Source of the DNA: Candidatus Woesearchaeota archaeon
Lineage (GTDB): Archaea; Nanobdellota; Nanobdellia; Woesearchaeales; GW2011-AR9
Direction: 5' to 3'
Length of the DNA: 64,000 bases
Assembly (NCBI GenBank): GCA_018676855.1
Contig: JABHDY010000003.1
Location: forward strand, 148,136-212,135
The position numbers and the translations under genes were made by a program. The notes under the pieces were generated by a model that made no database searches, had not been told where the DNA came from, and worked only from the letters and a program-made list of their open reading frames with translations. Shown one piece after another: positions 27,868-38,315 of the stretch (its first letter is position 1; each line of letters begins with the position of its first letter).

Positions 27868-28562
27868 TATATCAGCACGGTGAACTCCATTTTATGAAGA
27901 AAAAATCTGATGGAGTAGAGGGAATTACGCCAAGAAATTTTGAACAAGAAGCATTACTTGAAACATTATTAGATGAAGATATAAGAATTGTAGGAGCATT
28001 AGGAAGAGCCGGTACTGGTAAGACGTTACTTTCTCTTGCAGCAGGATTACGTTTAGTGTCTAAAGGAGATTATCATAACGTTACTGTTATTAGACCTACA
28101 ACAGTTAGTGGAGAAGATGTAGGGTATCTTCCAGGAGATATAGGTGATAAGATTGGCCCTCACTTTGGCGCTATTGAAGATGTTCTTCTTTGTATTCTTG
28201 GTGATGCAGCTAAAGATGAAGCAGTAAATGGTGGAGAAGTTGATTATTTAACAATCACACATATACGGGGAAGAACGTTAACTAATTCGTTTGTAATTGT
28301 CGATGATGCACAAAACTTACGTGATAGTGATTTGAAACTTATTGGAACAAGAATAGGCACTGGTTCAAAATTGGTTTTAGCAGGAGATCCGTTCCAATCA
28401 GACCTACCAGAAATATCTGATGAAAGAGATATCGCATTAACAAAAGCTGTTGATCGTCAAAGAAGAATTACTGATTCAAGAAAACGTGATGTGTTCAATT
28501 ATGTCCTATTAAAAGATGTAGAACGTGGCCTCATTGCAGAAATATTCAGCGAGATATTTTAA
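27864..28562 (+). CDS. PhoH-like ATPase half of a PhoH2-like protein
   Basis: 'GITPRNFEQEALLETLLD', Walker A 'GRAGTGKTLLSLAAG', 'VGYLPGDIGDKIGPHF', 'IRGRTLTNSFVIVDDAQN', 'LAGDPFQSD'. ATGA overlap with the PIN ORF. Confidence 0.85.
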   Translation: MIYQHGELHFMKKKSDGVEGITPRNFEQEALLETLLDEDIRIVGALGRAGTGKTLLSLAAGLRLVSKGDYHNVTVIRPTTVSGEDVGYLPGDIGDKIGPHFGAIEDVLLCILGDAAKDEAVNGGEVDYLTITHIRGRTLTNSFVIVDDAQNLRDSDLKLIGTRIGTGSKLVLAGDPFQSDLPEISDERDIALTKAVDRQRRITDSRKRDVFNYVLLKDVERGLIAEIFSEIF

Positions 28563-28579
28563 AATTATTCTTATTTTCT

Positions 28580-29422
28580 TTATTCCAAAACACCTTTCAG
28601 AGCAGCAATACCAACTTCTACCTGTTTATCTGTAGGTTCTTTAGTCGTAATACGTTGCAACCATAAACCAGGTGCAATAATAATTTTAACTAGAGGATTT
28701 GTAGAAAACCTTCCACTTAACTTAATAAGTTCATAACTTATACCCGCAATAACTGGCATTAAAACAATTCTCCCAACCAACTTTACCCATAGTGGACCGT
28801 TCAATAACGAAAACATAAATATTGAAATAAGTAACACAACGAAAAGAAATGACGTACCACACCGCGGATGAAACCGTGAATATTGTTTAACATTTTCTAG
28901 TGTTAACGTTTTCTTTGCTTCATAACATGCAATCGCTTTATGTTCAGATCCATGGTACCTGAACAATATTTTAACATCGCTCATAAACGAAATGCCAATA
29001 AGATATCCTAAAAATAATAGTACTCTAAAGATTCCATCAAGAATGTCAAACCATGCACCCTCAGAATGAATAAAATGTGCTGCAAAGAATGGTAATCCTA
29101 CAAAAAAGACAATTGCAAATAATAATGACATAAACACCATACTAATAGTTTCTTTCTTTGTTAATTTTTCATCAGTACCTAACTGTTGATTACTGCTCCA
29201 TATCAACGCTCGAATACCATCATATAATGTGTATGCTAAACCAACAATACCACGAACAAAGAAAATGTTAAACATTTTTGGAAATCGTGAACTTTTTTCT
29301 TTTTTAACGTTAATTGAACCATCTTTCATACGCACAGCTACAGCAAATTTATCCTTGTTACGCATCATAACTCCTTCTATAACCGCTTGACCACCAACGT
29401 TCATACTATAAACATCACGCAT
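28580..29422 (-). CDS. DUF1385-family membrane protein
   Basis: 'GGQAVIEGVMMR', 'YHGSEHKAI', 'HPRCGTSF'. Polytopic. Confidence 0.8.
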   Translation of the reverse strand: MRDVYSMNVGGQAVIEGVMMRNKDKFAVAVRMKDGSINVKKEKSSRFPKMFNIFFVRGIVGLAYTLYDGIRALIWSSNQQLGTDEKLTKKETISMVFMSLLFAIVFFVGLPFFAAHFIHSEGAWFDILDGIFRVLLFLGYLIGISFMSDVKILFRYHGSEHKAIACYEAKKTLTLENVKQYSRFHPRCGTSFLFVVLLISIFMFSLLNGPLWVKLVGRIVLMPVIAGISYELIKLSGRFSTNPLVKIIIAPGLWLQRITTKEPTDKQVEVGIAALKGVLE

Positions 29423-29440
29423 GTACTATTTAAATTTTCT

Positions 29441-31897
29441 CTAAAAAAAATTTCCTAACCCAGTTTGCTTTCCTTTCCCTAGCAAATCATCTTCAGAATA
29501 GCCTAAAACAGAAAAGATGCTTGAAACTGCTGGCAGTAACTGATTATTAAGATAATAATGTATATCATACTCACCTTTCTTAACATCAGACGGTATGCGT
29601 GCTCTCTCCCGAACCAATCCAGATCCTTGAACAATAATGTATTCTACAACCGTTCCAGGAACAATCTTTTCTCCCCGATCTTGCAATTTTTTTGCAATAA
29701 TAACGTGCGGACCGAATGATGTATACTGTGACAACTCTCTTGTTATTTGCGTTTTCAAAATAAGCTTTTCAGGAGAAATAGTTCCATTTTTTAACTTTAC
29801 AATAATATCTTTAACATACTGAACTGCTTCTTCTCCCTTATCTTGTAATACTAAACGAAGAACATCTTCTTGAACTTCCTTTGCCAATAAAGACCAGTTA
29901 CGTCGTACAGTTTCAAAGCCCGTAATCTTAATACTATCATCGTCTCGCATCAATGCATACTTTTTCTTTGCACCTTTATCACTTCCTTTCACAGCTACAA
30001 AAATGCCTCGTGGAAAGAAACCTTCGTATTCAAGTTCCATATGACCAGGTAAGTCAAAATTAATTTCGTTCATGAATTCCATTGCTTTGTCAAGAAGGTT
30101 ATCTTCCAAAACAAGAAAACAAGAATCAGTATCAGCATACACAACTTTGAACCCTTTTGTCTCAGCTTTTTGTATTGTACTTTGAATATAATGGCGAGCG
30201 TACGCCGTAGTTGACGCTGCACATTCAAGACAGTACCAGCGTGCATTAAAAAAACCAAGGTACCCATAAAACGAATTTGCTAAGATTTTTAATGCGTACG
30301 ATCTTGAGTCCAATATTCGCGTATCTTCATTCTTATTTCGTGCATCTTTAATGAGCCGTTTTAGATCAACACGACGAAGAACAAGTTGTTCAAGTACAGT
30401 TGGAATAAATTTTCGATCTTGAGAACAAAACCAGTACTGTTCTCGTCCAGGAACTTTGTTAGCCTTACAACAATCGCATTGTAAGGATTCAGGACCAATA
30501 TTATGTGCAGTAATTATTGTTGGATATAATGAACGAAAATCAAACACAACAATGTTTTCATAAATGCCTGGCGTTGGTTCATACACAAACGCTCCCTGGA
30601 TAGATTCTTCCATACGTTCTTTCATCTCAGATCCAATCGGTTTATTGGGAGCAATAACATTATATTCAATCGCTCTTTTCAAAATATAATTCTCTACAAG
30701 TTTACTGAACCTCATCCGAATAACATTATGTGATGGTAAACCAACAATTTTTGTAAATTCAAGAATGTCAAACAATAATTTTTTACATAATTGATATGTT
30801 AAATGTGCATCATGAAGATTATATTTACAAAAATCTTCAAGTTTATCATGATCGTGGTCCCATACATGCGCCAAATTATTAATATCAACGTCGTGTTTTT
30901 TTGAATCAAGAAGTTCATGAGAAACAGCATTTAATGAATAGGAATCTGTTTTGAGGTTCTTACCAAAAATGTTACGAATAAATTGTAACATGTCTAAATG
31001 TAACATTCCAGTTATTCGTGCTTCACTTGACCTAAAACCAGCCTTCTTACGAATGTCAAGTTGTGAATAATCGGCTCCAATATCAAATACAACTCCATGC
31101 TTATCTGCCCTCGTTTTAATGTATGGGAAGTCAAATCCGTCAGAAAAGTAGCCAGTAACAATATCTGGTTGATAGTCAATAAGTATTTCTTTGACACGTT
31201 TTAAAAGTTCAACTTCATCAGAAACAACTTCTAAATAATTAAGTTTTGTGTTAAATTTCCTCCATGTTATAACTTTTCTAAACACAACATCGTTCTCATC
31301 AACACCATAAAAAGCCACCATTAATATAGGATTCTTATGAGGATTAATTTCTTTCTTAACGGCATACGTTTCAATGTCAAGTGCACATATTTTCCAACTT
31401 TTATGTGTTTCTTTACTCACACTTTCAACCGTGGACGCTTCAAACAGTGGAACGCGTAAACCACCCTTTGATGAAAAATCGCCCGTTGCTTGTATCATAG
31501 TCATTGGCGTGATTCCATTATCTCTGACATATCTATCAATAAAAATAATTTTAGTTTCATAACATTGTATTCCGCGTTCTGCTAAATCTTTTGCAATGAG
31601 AGGAACAGCTTTTGGATAGTTTACCGTTATTTTAACAAAAAATTTTGTTTTGCCAAGAAGTTCTTTCTTGATAGATTCAACGCGAACAATTCGTGCTATA
31701 TTTCCTTTATCATCAAGTGTAAAATCTTTCAAAAGCGTTATTGTACGTTCATCAGATATATCTGCGTAGAAGTACGGTGCATACTCATGCATAACACATA
31801 CTTTCGTTCCATCTTCTAGCTTACTGTAGAGATAGACATATGTCTTCTCATTTTGTACTTTATACTTAAAATCGTATGGAGAGAAACGAAGTTCCAT
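29441..31897 (-). CDS. polB: Family-B DNA polymerase
   Basis: 818 aa. Exo I 'ALDIETY', 'YNLHDAHLTY', motif A 'DFRSLYPTIITAHNI', 'KILANSFYGY', motif C 'VVYADTDS', 'KKKYA'. Confidence 0.95.
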   Translation of the reverse strand: MELRFSPYDFKYKVQNEKTYVYLYSKLEDGTKVCVMHEYAPYFYADISDERTITLLKDFTLDDKGNIARIVRVESIKKELLGKTKFFVKITVNYPKAVPLIAKDLAERGIQCYETKIIFIDRYVRDNGITPMTMIQATGDFSSKGGLRVPLFEASTVESVSKETHKSWKICALDIETYAVKKEINPHKNPILMVAFYGVDENDVVFRKVITWRKFNTKLNYLEVVSDEVELLKRVKEILIDYQPDIVTGYFSDGFDFPYIKTRADKHGVVFDIGADYSQLDIRKKAGFRSSEARITGMLHLDMLQFIRNIFGKNLKTDSYSLNAVSHELLDSKKHDVDINNLAHVWDHDHDKLEDFCKYNLHDAHLTYQLCKKLLFDILEFTKIVGLPSHNVIRMRFSKLVENYILKRAIEYNVIAPNKPIGSEMKERMEESIQGAFVYEPTPGIYENIVVFDFRSLYPTIITAHNIGPESLQCDCCKANKVPGREQYWFCSQDRKFIPTVLEQLVLRRVDLKRLIKDARNKNEDTRILDSRSYALKILANSFYGYLGFFNARWYCLECAASTTAYARHYIQSTIQKAETKGFKVVYADTDSCFLVLEDNLLDKAMEFMNEINFDLPGHMELEYEGFFPRGIFVAVKGSDKGAKKKYALMRDDDSIKITGFETVRRNWSLLAKEVQEDVLRLVLQDKGEEAVQYVKDIIVKLKNGTISPEKLILKTQITRELSQYTSFGPHVIIAKKLQDRGEKIVPGTVVEYIIVQGSGLVRERARIPSDVKKGEYDIHYYLNNQLLPAVSSIFSVLGYSEDDLLGKGKQTGLGNFF

Positions 31898-31969
31898 AGA
31901 ATGTTTCAGAGGCTTGTTTTTATATAAAGTTTCTTACACAAAAAGAGAAAAAGAAAATGAAATAGAGAA

Positions 31970-32581
31970 TCAAGAACATACTTCATTGACACTATGAATA
32001 GTCATTGTAAACGAAACGCTAGCACTTGTTGGATGTGTGATAACACTAGTTGTTTCTCCAGGATGAAGTGTTAATACTTCTTTACTAAGAATTACTCCTC
32101 GATCTTTCTTAATAAGTTCAATGGGAACAATAATTCCATCTCCTTGACAATAATCTGGACCGCTTAACAATTTCCATTCAACTGCGCCTGCACCCGTATA
32201 TCCCCCGCCTCCGCGAGAGCGTGTGTATGAATCTCCACCACTGGTAGACACAACTATACTATCAAAGTTACACGTTGAATCACAATCCATCTTATACAAT
32301 TCTGCAACAGTTCCACACACATTATTTATACATTTTTCTCCAGCAAGACAATCACTACTTACTATGCAACTCGTTTGTACAATGTCTTCCTGAACTGGTT
32401 CTTCAATAACTGGTTCTTGCTCCGCTTGTATATCATTATTAGCAACAGGACTGTCTGCGTTAACGGGTAAATTATTAGTAACAGAAACTATTGTTTCTTT
32501 CACATAAGTATACACAGCTAAAGGACCAAATATTAGAACAGCAATAACCACAATGATAATTATCCAATTTCTCAATTTCAT
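31970..32581 (-). CDS. Membrane-anchored extracellular protein with Cys-rich module
   Basis: N-terminal TM 'WIIIIVVIAVLIFGPLAVY'. 'CIVSSDCLAGEKCINNVCG' resembles the motif of the 4807-5058 protein. Confidence 0.45.
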   Translation of the reverse strand: MKLRNWIIIIVVIAVLIFGPLAVYTYVKETIVSVTNNLPVNADSPVANNDIQAEQEPVIEEPVQEDIVQTSCIVSSDCLAGEKCINNVCGTVAELYKMDCDSTCNFDSIVVSTSGGDSYTRSRGGGGYTGAGAVEWKLLSGPDYCQGDGIIVPIELIKKDRGVILSKEVLTLHPGETTSVITHPTSASVSFTMTIHSVNEVCS

Positions 32582-32613
32582 TTCAATAACCTTATTTTGA
32601 TAATATTTTGATA

Positions 32614-33594
32614 TTATTTCTTATTTTTATATTTCACAAACTCTTTCATACCAAGCCGTTCCCTCGGTGGAATATAACGAAGTCCAAGCTGAGTATAAAT
32701 ATCTTTCTCTGTCTTGCCTGCGACCCATTTCTTTTCTTGGAGTGTATATAACCCATATTCACTTAATGTATATCCTTGACGTAACGCAATCTTTCTCAAT
32801 TCAATGTTATGCTGTTTTCCACCACTGAAGTACAATAATGCAGAACCAAACTCTTTTGTTTTAACAATTCGACAATCTACTTGTAAACCATTTTGTAATC
32901 GTACAGAACCTCGCGTAGGACCCTTCACAATAATATCATCAACATCTTTATAGGAAACGAAATGGTCCATAACATCTTTTGGTCTTGTAGAAACGATAAC
33001 AAAATCTACATCTCCAACTGTTGACTTCTTTCTTCTAAATGAACCTGCTACAGCAACCTGCGTTACTTTTGGATGTTTTGTAAGATATGTTTTTATCTTT
33101 CTAACAACAGGTATAACCGTTTCGTACGGAAAACGTTTCGGTTTAGTTTTAAGCACATGTATTCCTTTCAATAACATCTCCTCTGTCTTTCTACCAAATC
33201 CAGATAATTCGCGTAATTTCTTTTTCCTAAGAGCTTTTGCTAAATCTTTAACATTTTTTATCTTAAGTTTTGCATACAGAACTTTAATTTTCTTTGGTCC
33301 AAGTGACGGAATTTCGTTAAGAGCTTCAATATCAATCTTAGTAGACTTTTTTAATTTTTTATAATACTTCAATTTTCCAGTTTCAACCAACTCTTTAATC
33401 TTCGCAGCAATATGTTTGCCAACACCAGAAATATCTTCTAATTCATTACGTACACAAATATCTTCAATACTTTCCTGAAGAACTTCTATTTCTTGTGCAG
33501 CCCTCCTATACGCTTGTGGTTTGAACTCAACACCCTGCATTTCAAGAATGTCTGCAATATTGTTCAGAACTTTAACCACATATTGATTTTCCAT
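32614..33594 (-). CDS. Family-X DNA polymerase (Pol beta-like core, no PHP domain)
   Basis: HhH 'ISGVGKHIAAKIKE', 'IPSLGPKKI', nucleotidyltransferase 'GSFRRKKSTVGDVDFVI'. 326 aa. Confidence 0.8.
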   Translation of the reverse strand: MENQYVVKVLNNIADILEMQGVEFKPQAYRRAAQEIEVLQESIEDICVRNELEDISGVGKHIAAKIKELVETGKLKYYKKLKKSTKIDIEALNEIPSLGPKKIKVLYAKLKIKNVKDLAKALRKKKLRELSGFGRKTEEMLLKGIHVLKTKPKRFPYETVIPVVRKIKTYLTKHPKVTQVAVAGSFRRKKSTVGDVDFVIVSTRPKDVMDHFVSYKDVDDIIVKGPTRGSVRLQNGLQVDCRIVKTKEFGSALLYFSGGKQHNIELRKIALRQGYTLSEYGLYTLQEKKWVAGKTEKDIYTQLGLRYIPPRERLGMKEFVKYKNKK

Positions 33595-33679
33595 CCCTTA
33601 GAAGAAATGAAAAATGGTTTATAAAAGTTCCCAACTTGTTCCCACAACCTTTAAAAATATCTGTATAAACACCACACAT

Positions 33680-36496
33680 ATGACTTTAGACTGGGAAAAA
33701 ATACAGCCAAAGTGGCAAAAGCAGTGGGAAAAAGCGGAAATAGGAAAGGCGTCTCCAAACAAAAATAAAGATAAGTTCTTTATGATTTTTGCATATCCTG
33801 GCGTGTCAGGTTTCTTACATGTAGGTCATATGCGAGGGTTCTCTTATACAGATGCTATCTGTAGGTATGAACGATTACTAGGAAAAGAAGTATTGTATCC
33901 TGTAGGAACACATGCGTCTGGGAATCAAGCAATAGCATTTGCGCAAAAGGTAAAGAATAATGATGAACAATGGATCAATTATTTGAAAAAGAATGGATGT
34001 CCAGAAAAAACGATTAAGACTTTAACAACTCCAGAGAATGTAATTCAGTATTTTAATGATGTCTATGTTAATGAATACTGGAAGAAGTTTGGCTTTCTAT
34101 GTGATTGGGACAGGTTCTTATGTTCAACACATAAAGATTATGAAAAGTTTATCCAATGGCAATTTAAAAAGTTACAACAAAAAGATTTGTTAACACAGAA
34201 ACCATACTTTGCAACTGCATGTATCAAATGCGGACCCGTTGCTGTTGACCCCTCAGAAACTGACATTTCAAAGGGTGGAAATGCAGAAAAGAACGAATAT
34301 ACCCTTCTTAAATTCAAACATGATGAAGATTATGTAGTTGCCGCTACATTAAGGCCGGAAACTATCTATGGCCAAACAAACTTATGGATAAATCCTGACG
34401 CACAATATGTTCGTGTTGACGTTGAAGGTGAGAATTGGATCATGAGTAAAGATGCAGCAGAAAAGTTAAGTTATCAAAAAGATGACGTTATCTTGAAGGA
34501 AGATGTTGATCCAAGAAAACTTATTGGGAAGAAAGTTATTGCTCCCGGTATTGAAAAAGAAATTATTATTCTTCCTGCACCGTTTTGTAACCCTACTATT
34601 GGCAGTGGAATTGTAACGTGTGTTCCAAGCGATGCACCCTATGATTACGTTGCCCTTCGAGACTTACAAAAAAATACGGAAGAATGTGAAAAGTATAATT
34701 TAAACGTTGAAGAGATACAAAATATTGCTGTTATTCCAATAATAAAAACAAAGGGCTTTGGAAATATCCCTGCACAGGAAATTGTACAAAAGTTACAGAT
34801 AAAAAATCAAGACGACCCAAAACTTGAAGATGCAACAAAAGACATCTATAAAGCAGGATTTCATACAGGCGTTATGTTAGAAACGTGTGGTAAGTATGCT
34901 GGTAAGAAAGTTGAAGAAGCAAAAGAGTTGATGAAAGCTGAACTTCTTGAACTAGGAAAAGCAGATACATTTTATGATTTAAGTGAAGAAGTTATTTGTC
35001 GGTGTGGTGGTAAAGTTGTCATTAAACGTATTGATGACCAATGGTTCATTACATATTCTGATCCTGAACTTACAGAACGAAGTAAAGAACAAGTACAAGA
35101 AATGAAAATATTTCCGCAAGAATATGCTGAACACCTTCCAGGAATATTAGATTGGTTCGCTGATAGGGCATGTGCACGACTTGGAAATTGGTCAGGGAGT
35201 ACATTTCCGTTTGATGACCAATGGACAGTTGAACCAATAAGTGACTCAACATTATATCCAGCATATTATATTGTTTCAAAATTTATCAATAATAATACCA
35301 TTAAAGTAAAAGACCTTACAGAAGAATTTTTTGATTATATTTTCCTTGGAGAGGGTGACGGAAACGACACGTGGAACAAAATCAAAGAAGAGTTCGATTA
35401 TTTTTATCCTTTAGACATTAATCTTGGTGGCAAAGAGCATAAAACTGTTCATTTTCCAGTATTCTTGATGAACCATGTTGCTATTCTTCCTGAACACAAA
35501 TGGCCAAAAGGAATTTTTGTTAATTGGTGGGTTACAGGGAAGGGAAGTAAAATATCTAAAAGTAAGGGTGGTGCCGTTCCAATTCCTGAAGCTGTTGCTA
35601 CGTACGGTGTCGATGCTATGCGATTATATTATGCACATGTTGGAAGTCCTCATACAGATGTTGTCTGGACAGAAGATATTGTTATGAATTATAAAAATGC
35701 ACTTGAACGTGTTTACGGTCTTGTTGATGAGTTGAAGAAAAAGACAGGTTCAAAAAGAATTATTGATAATTGGTTATTGTCACGAGTTCATCAACATCTG
35801 AAAGAAACAAAAAAGATTATGAAGACGTATGACTTAAGAGAGTTAGCATCAGTCGTCTACTTTACATTTTATGATGATCTTCGATGGTACGTACGACGTG
35901 GTGGAAACAATAAAAAAGTTATCACTGACGTTATAAGTATTTGGTGTAAGTTAATGAATCCGATTACGCCACATATGAGCGAAGAATGTAATATGACAAA
36001 AGGTCTTATTTCTACATCATCATGGCCAGAATATGATGAAACAATGATACAGAGAGTATCTCATGCTGGTGAAGAATTGATTAAGAAAGCAATGGAAGGT
36101 ATGAGAAACGTTATCAAACTTGCAAAAATAGAAACGCCAACAAAATGTACGTTGTTTATAGCAGAACCATGGTTGTATAATGTCTTTACGATTATATCTC
36201 ATGAAATTAAAGTTACACGAAATGTTGGAGAAATCATCAGAAGAGTTCTTGAAGAAGAAAAGTTACGAATAAAGGGAAAAGAAATTAGTAAAATTGTTGG
36301 ATCTGTTCTCAAGGATGTTTCTAAACTTCCATCAATGGTAACCTCACAAGAAGATGAACATACAGTAATGAAAGATGCACAGGAATTTTTAGAGAAAGAA
36401 TTTGGTTGTTCTATAGAGATTATCCTTGCTAATGAAAGCGATCATGAAAAAGCAAAGTCAGCAATGCCTGGAAAAGTTGGCATTGTTATAGAATAA
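33680..36496 (+). CDS. leuS: Leucyl-tRNA synthetase, archaeal type
   Basis: 'YPGVSGFLHVGHMRG' (HIGH), 'KISKSKG' (KMSKS), editing-domain insertion. Start at 'MTLDWEKI', 25 nt downstream of 'tttaaaaatat'. Confidence 0.95.
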   Translation: MTLDWEKIQPKWQKQWEKAEIGKASPNKNKDKFFMIFAYPGVSGFLHVGHMRGFSYTDAICRYERLLGKEVLYPVGTHASGNQAIAFAQKVKNNDEQWINYLKKNGCPEKTIKTLTTPENVIQYFNDVYVNEYWKKFGFLCDWDRFLCSTHKDYEKFIQWQFKKLQQKDLLTQKPYFATACIKCGPVAVDPSETDISKGGNAEKNEYTLLKFKHDEDYVVAATLRPETIYGQTNLWINPDAQYVRVDVEGENWIMSKDAAEKLSYQKDDVILKEDVDPRKLIGKKVIAPGIEKEIIILPAPFCNPTIGSGIVTCVPSDAPYDYVALRDLQKNTEECEKYNLNVEEIQNIAVIPIIKTKGFGNIPAQEIVQKLQIKNQDDPKLEDATKDIYKAGFHTGVMLETCGKYAGKKVEEAKELMKAELLELGKADTFYDLSEEVICRCGGKVVIKRIDDQWFITYSDPELTERSKEQVQEMKIFPQEYAEHLPGILDWFADRACARLGNWSGSTFPFDDQWTVEPISDSTLYPAYYIVSKFINNNTIKVKDLTEEFFDYIFLGEGDGNDTWNKIKEEFDYFYPLDINLGGKEHKTVHFPVFLMNHVAILPEHKWPKGIFVNWWVTGKGSKISKSKGGAVPIPEAVATYGVDAMRLYYAHVGSPHTDVVWTEDIVMNYKNALERVYGLVDELKKKTGSKRIIDNWLLSRVHQHLKETKKIMKTYDLRELASVVYFTFYDDLRWYVRRGGNNKKVITDVISIWCKLMNPITPHMSEECNMTKGLISTSSWPEYDETMIQRVSHAGEELIKKAMEGMRNVIKLAKIETPTKCTLFIAEPWLYNVFTIISHEIKVTRNVGEIIRRVLEEEKLRIKGKEISKIVGSVLKDVSKLPSMVTSQEDEHTVMKDAQEFLEKEFGCSIEIILANESDHEKAKSAMPGKVGIVIE

Positions 36497-37870
<1,374 letters not shown>

Positions 37871-37971
37871 ATGCAGTATATGCTTTGCCCCCGTTTTTTT
37901 TATAAAGCTTTCTATTTATCACCAGGATCAGTAAAGAAACATTTATTAGGCAATCTTAGGTCTTTAATACA

Positions 37972-38310
37972 ATGATTAAGAACATAACAACAAACACAAT
38001 TATTTCTCAAAAAGAGATTATGTGTAAGAATGCTTTTTCTCAAGCACGAGGTTTAATGTTCAGAAAGAAACGGAATTGTGTTATGGAATTTGGTAATGAA
38101 AAGAAAATATCTTTACACAACTTCTTTGTATTTTATCCAATTGATATCTTAGTTATTGATAAAGATATGACAATTGTTGAAATTAAAAAAAACTTCAAAC
38201 CTTTTACGTTCTGGAAGTCTTCTACTAAAGGTAAGTATGTTATTGAACTGGGAAAGAATGAATCTAAAGGAAAAGTTTGGGTAAAAGAAAAAATTAAAAT
38301 AAGAATTTAA
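37972..38310 (+). CDS. DUF192-family protein
   Basis: 112 aa. 'AFSQARGLMFRKK', 'FFVFYPIDILVIDKDMTIVEI' fit the DUF192/COG1430 pattern. Confidence 0.65.
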   Translation: MIKNITTNTIISQKEIMCKNAFSQARGLMFRKKRNCVMEFGNEKKISLHNFFVFYPIDILVIDKDMTIVEIKKNFKPFTFWKSSTKGKYVIELGKNESKGKVWVKEKIKIRI

Positions 38311-38315
38311 AAAAA

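Noticed and set aside
29441-31897. Intein in the family-B polymerase
   Set aside because: The 818-aa length and uninterrupted order of the Exo I-III and Pol A/B/C motifs leave no room for an intein.
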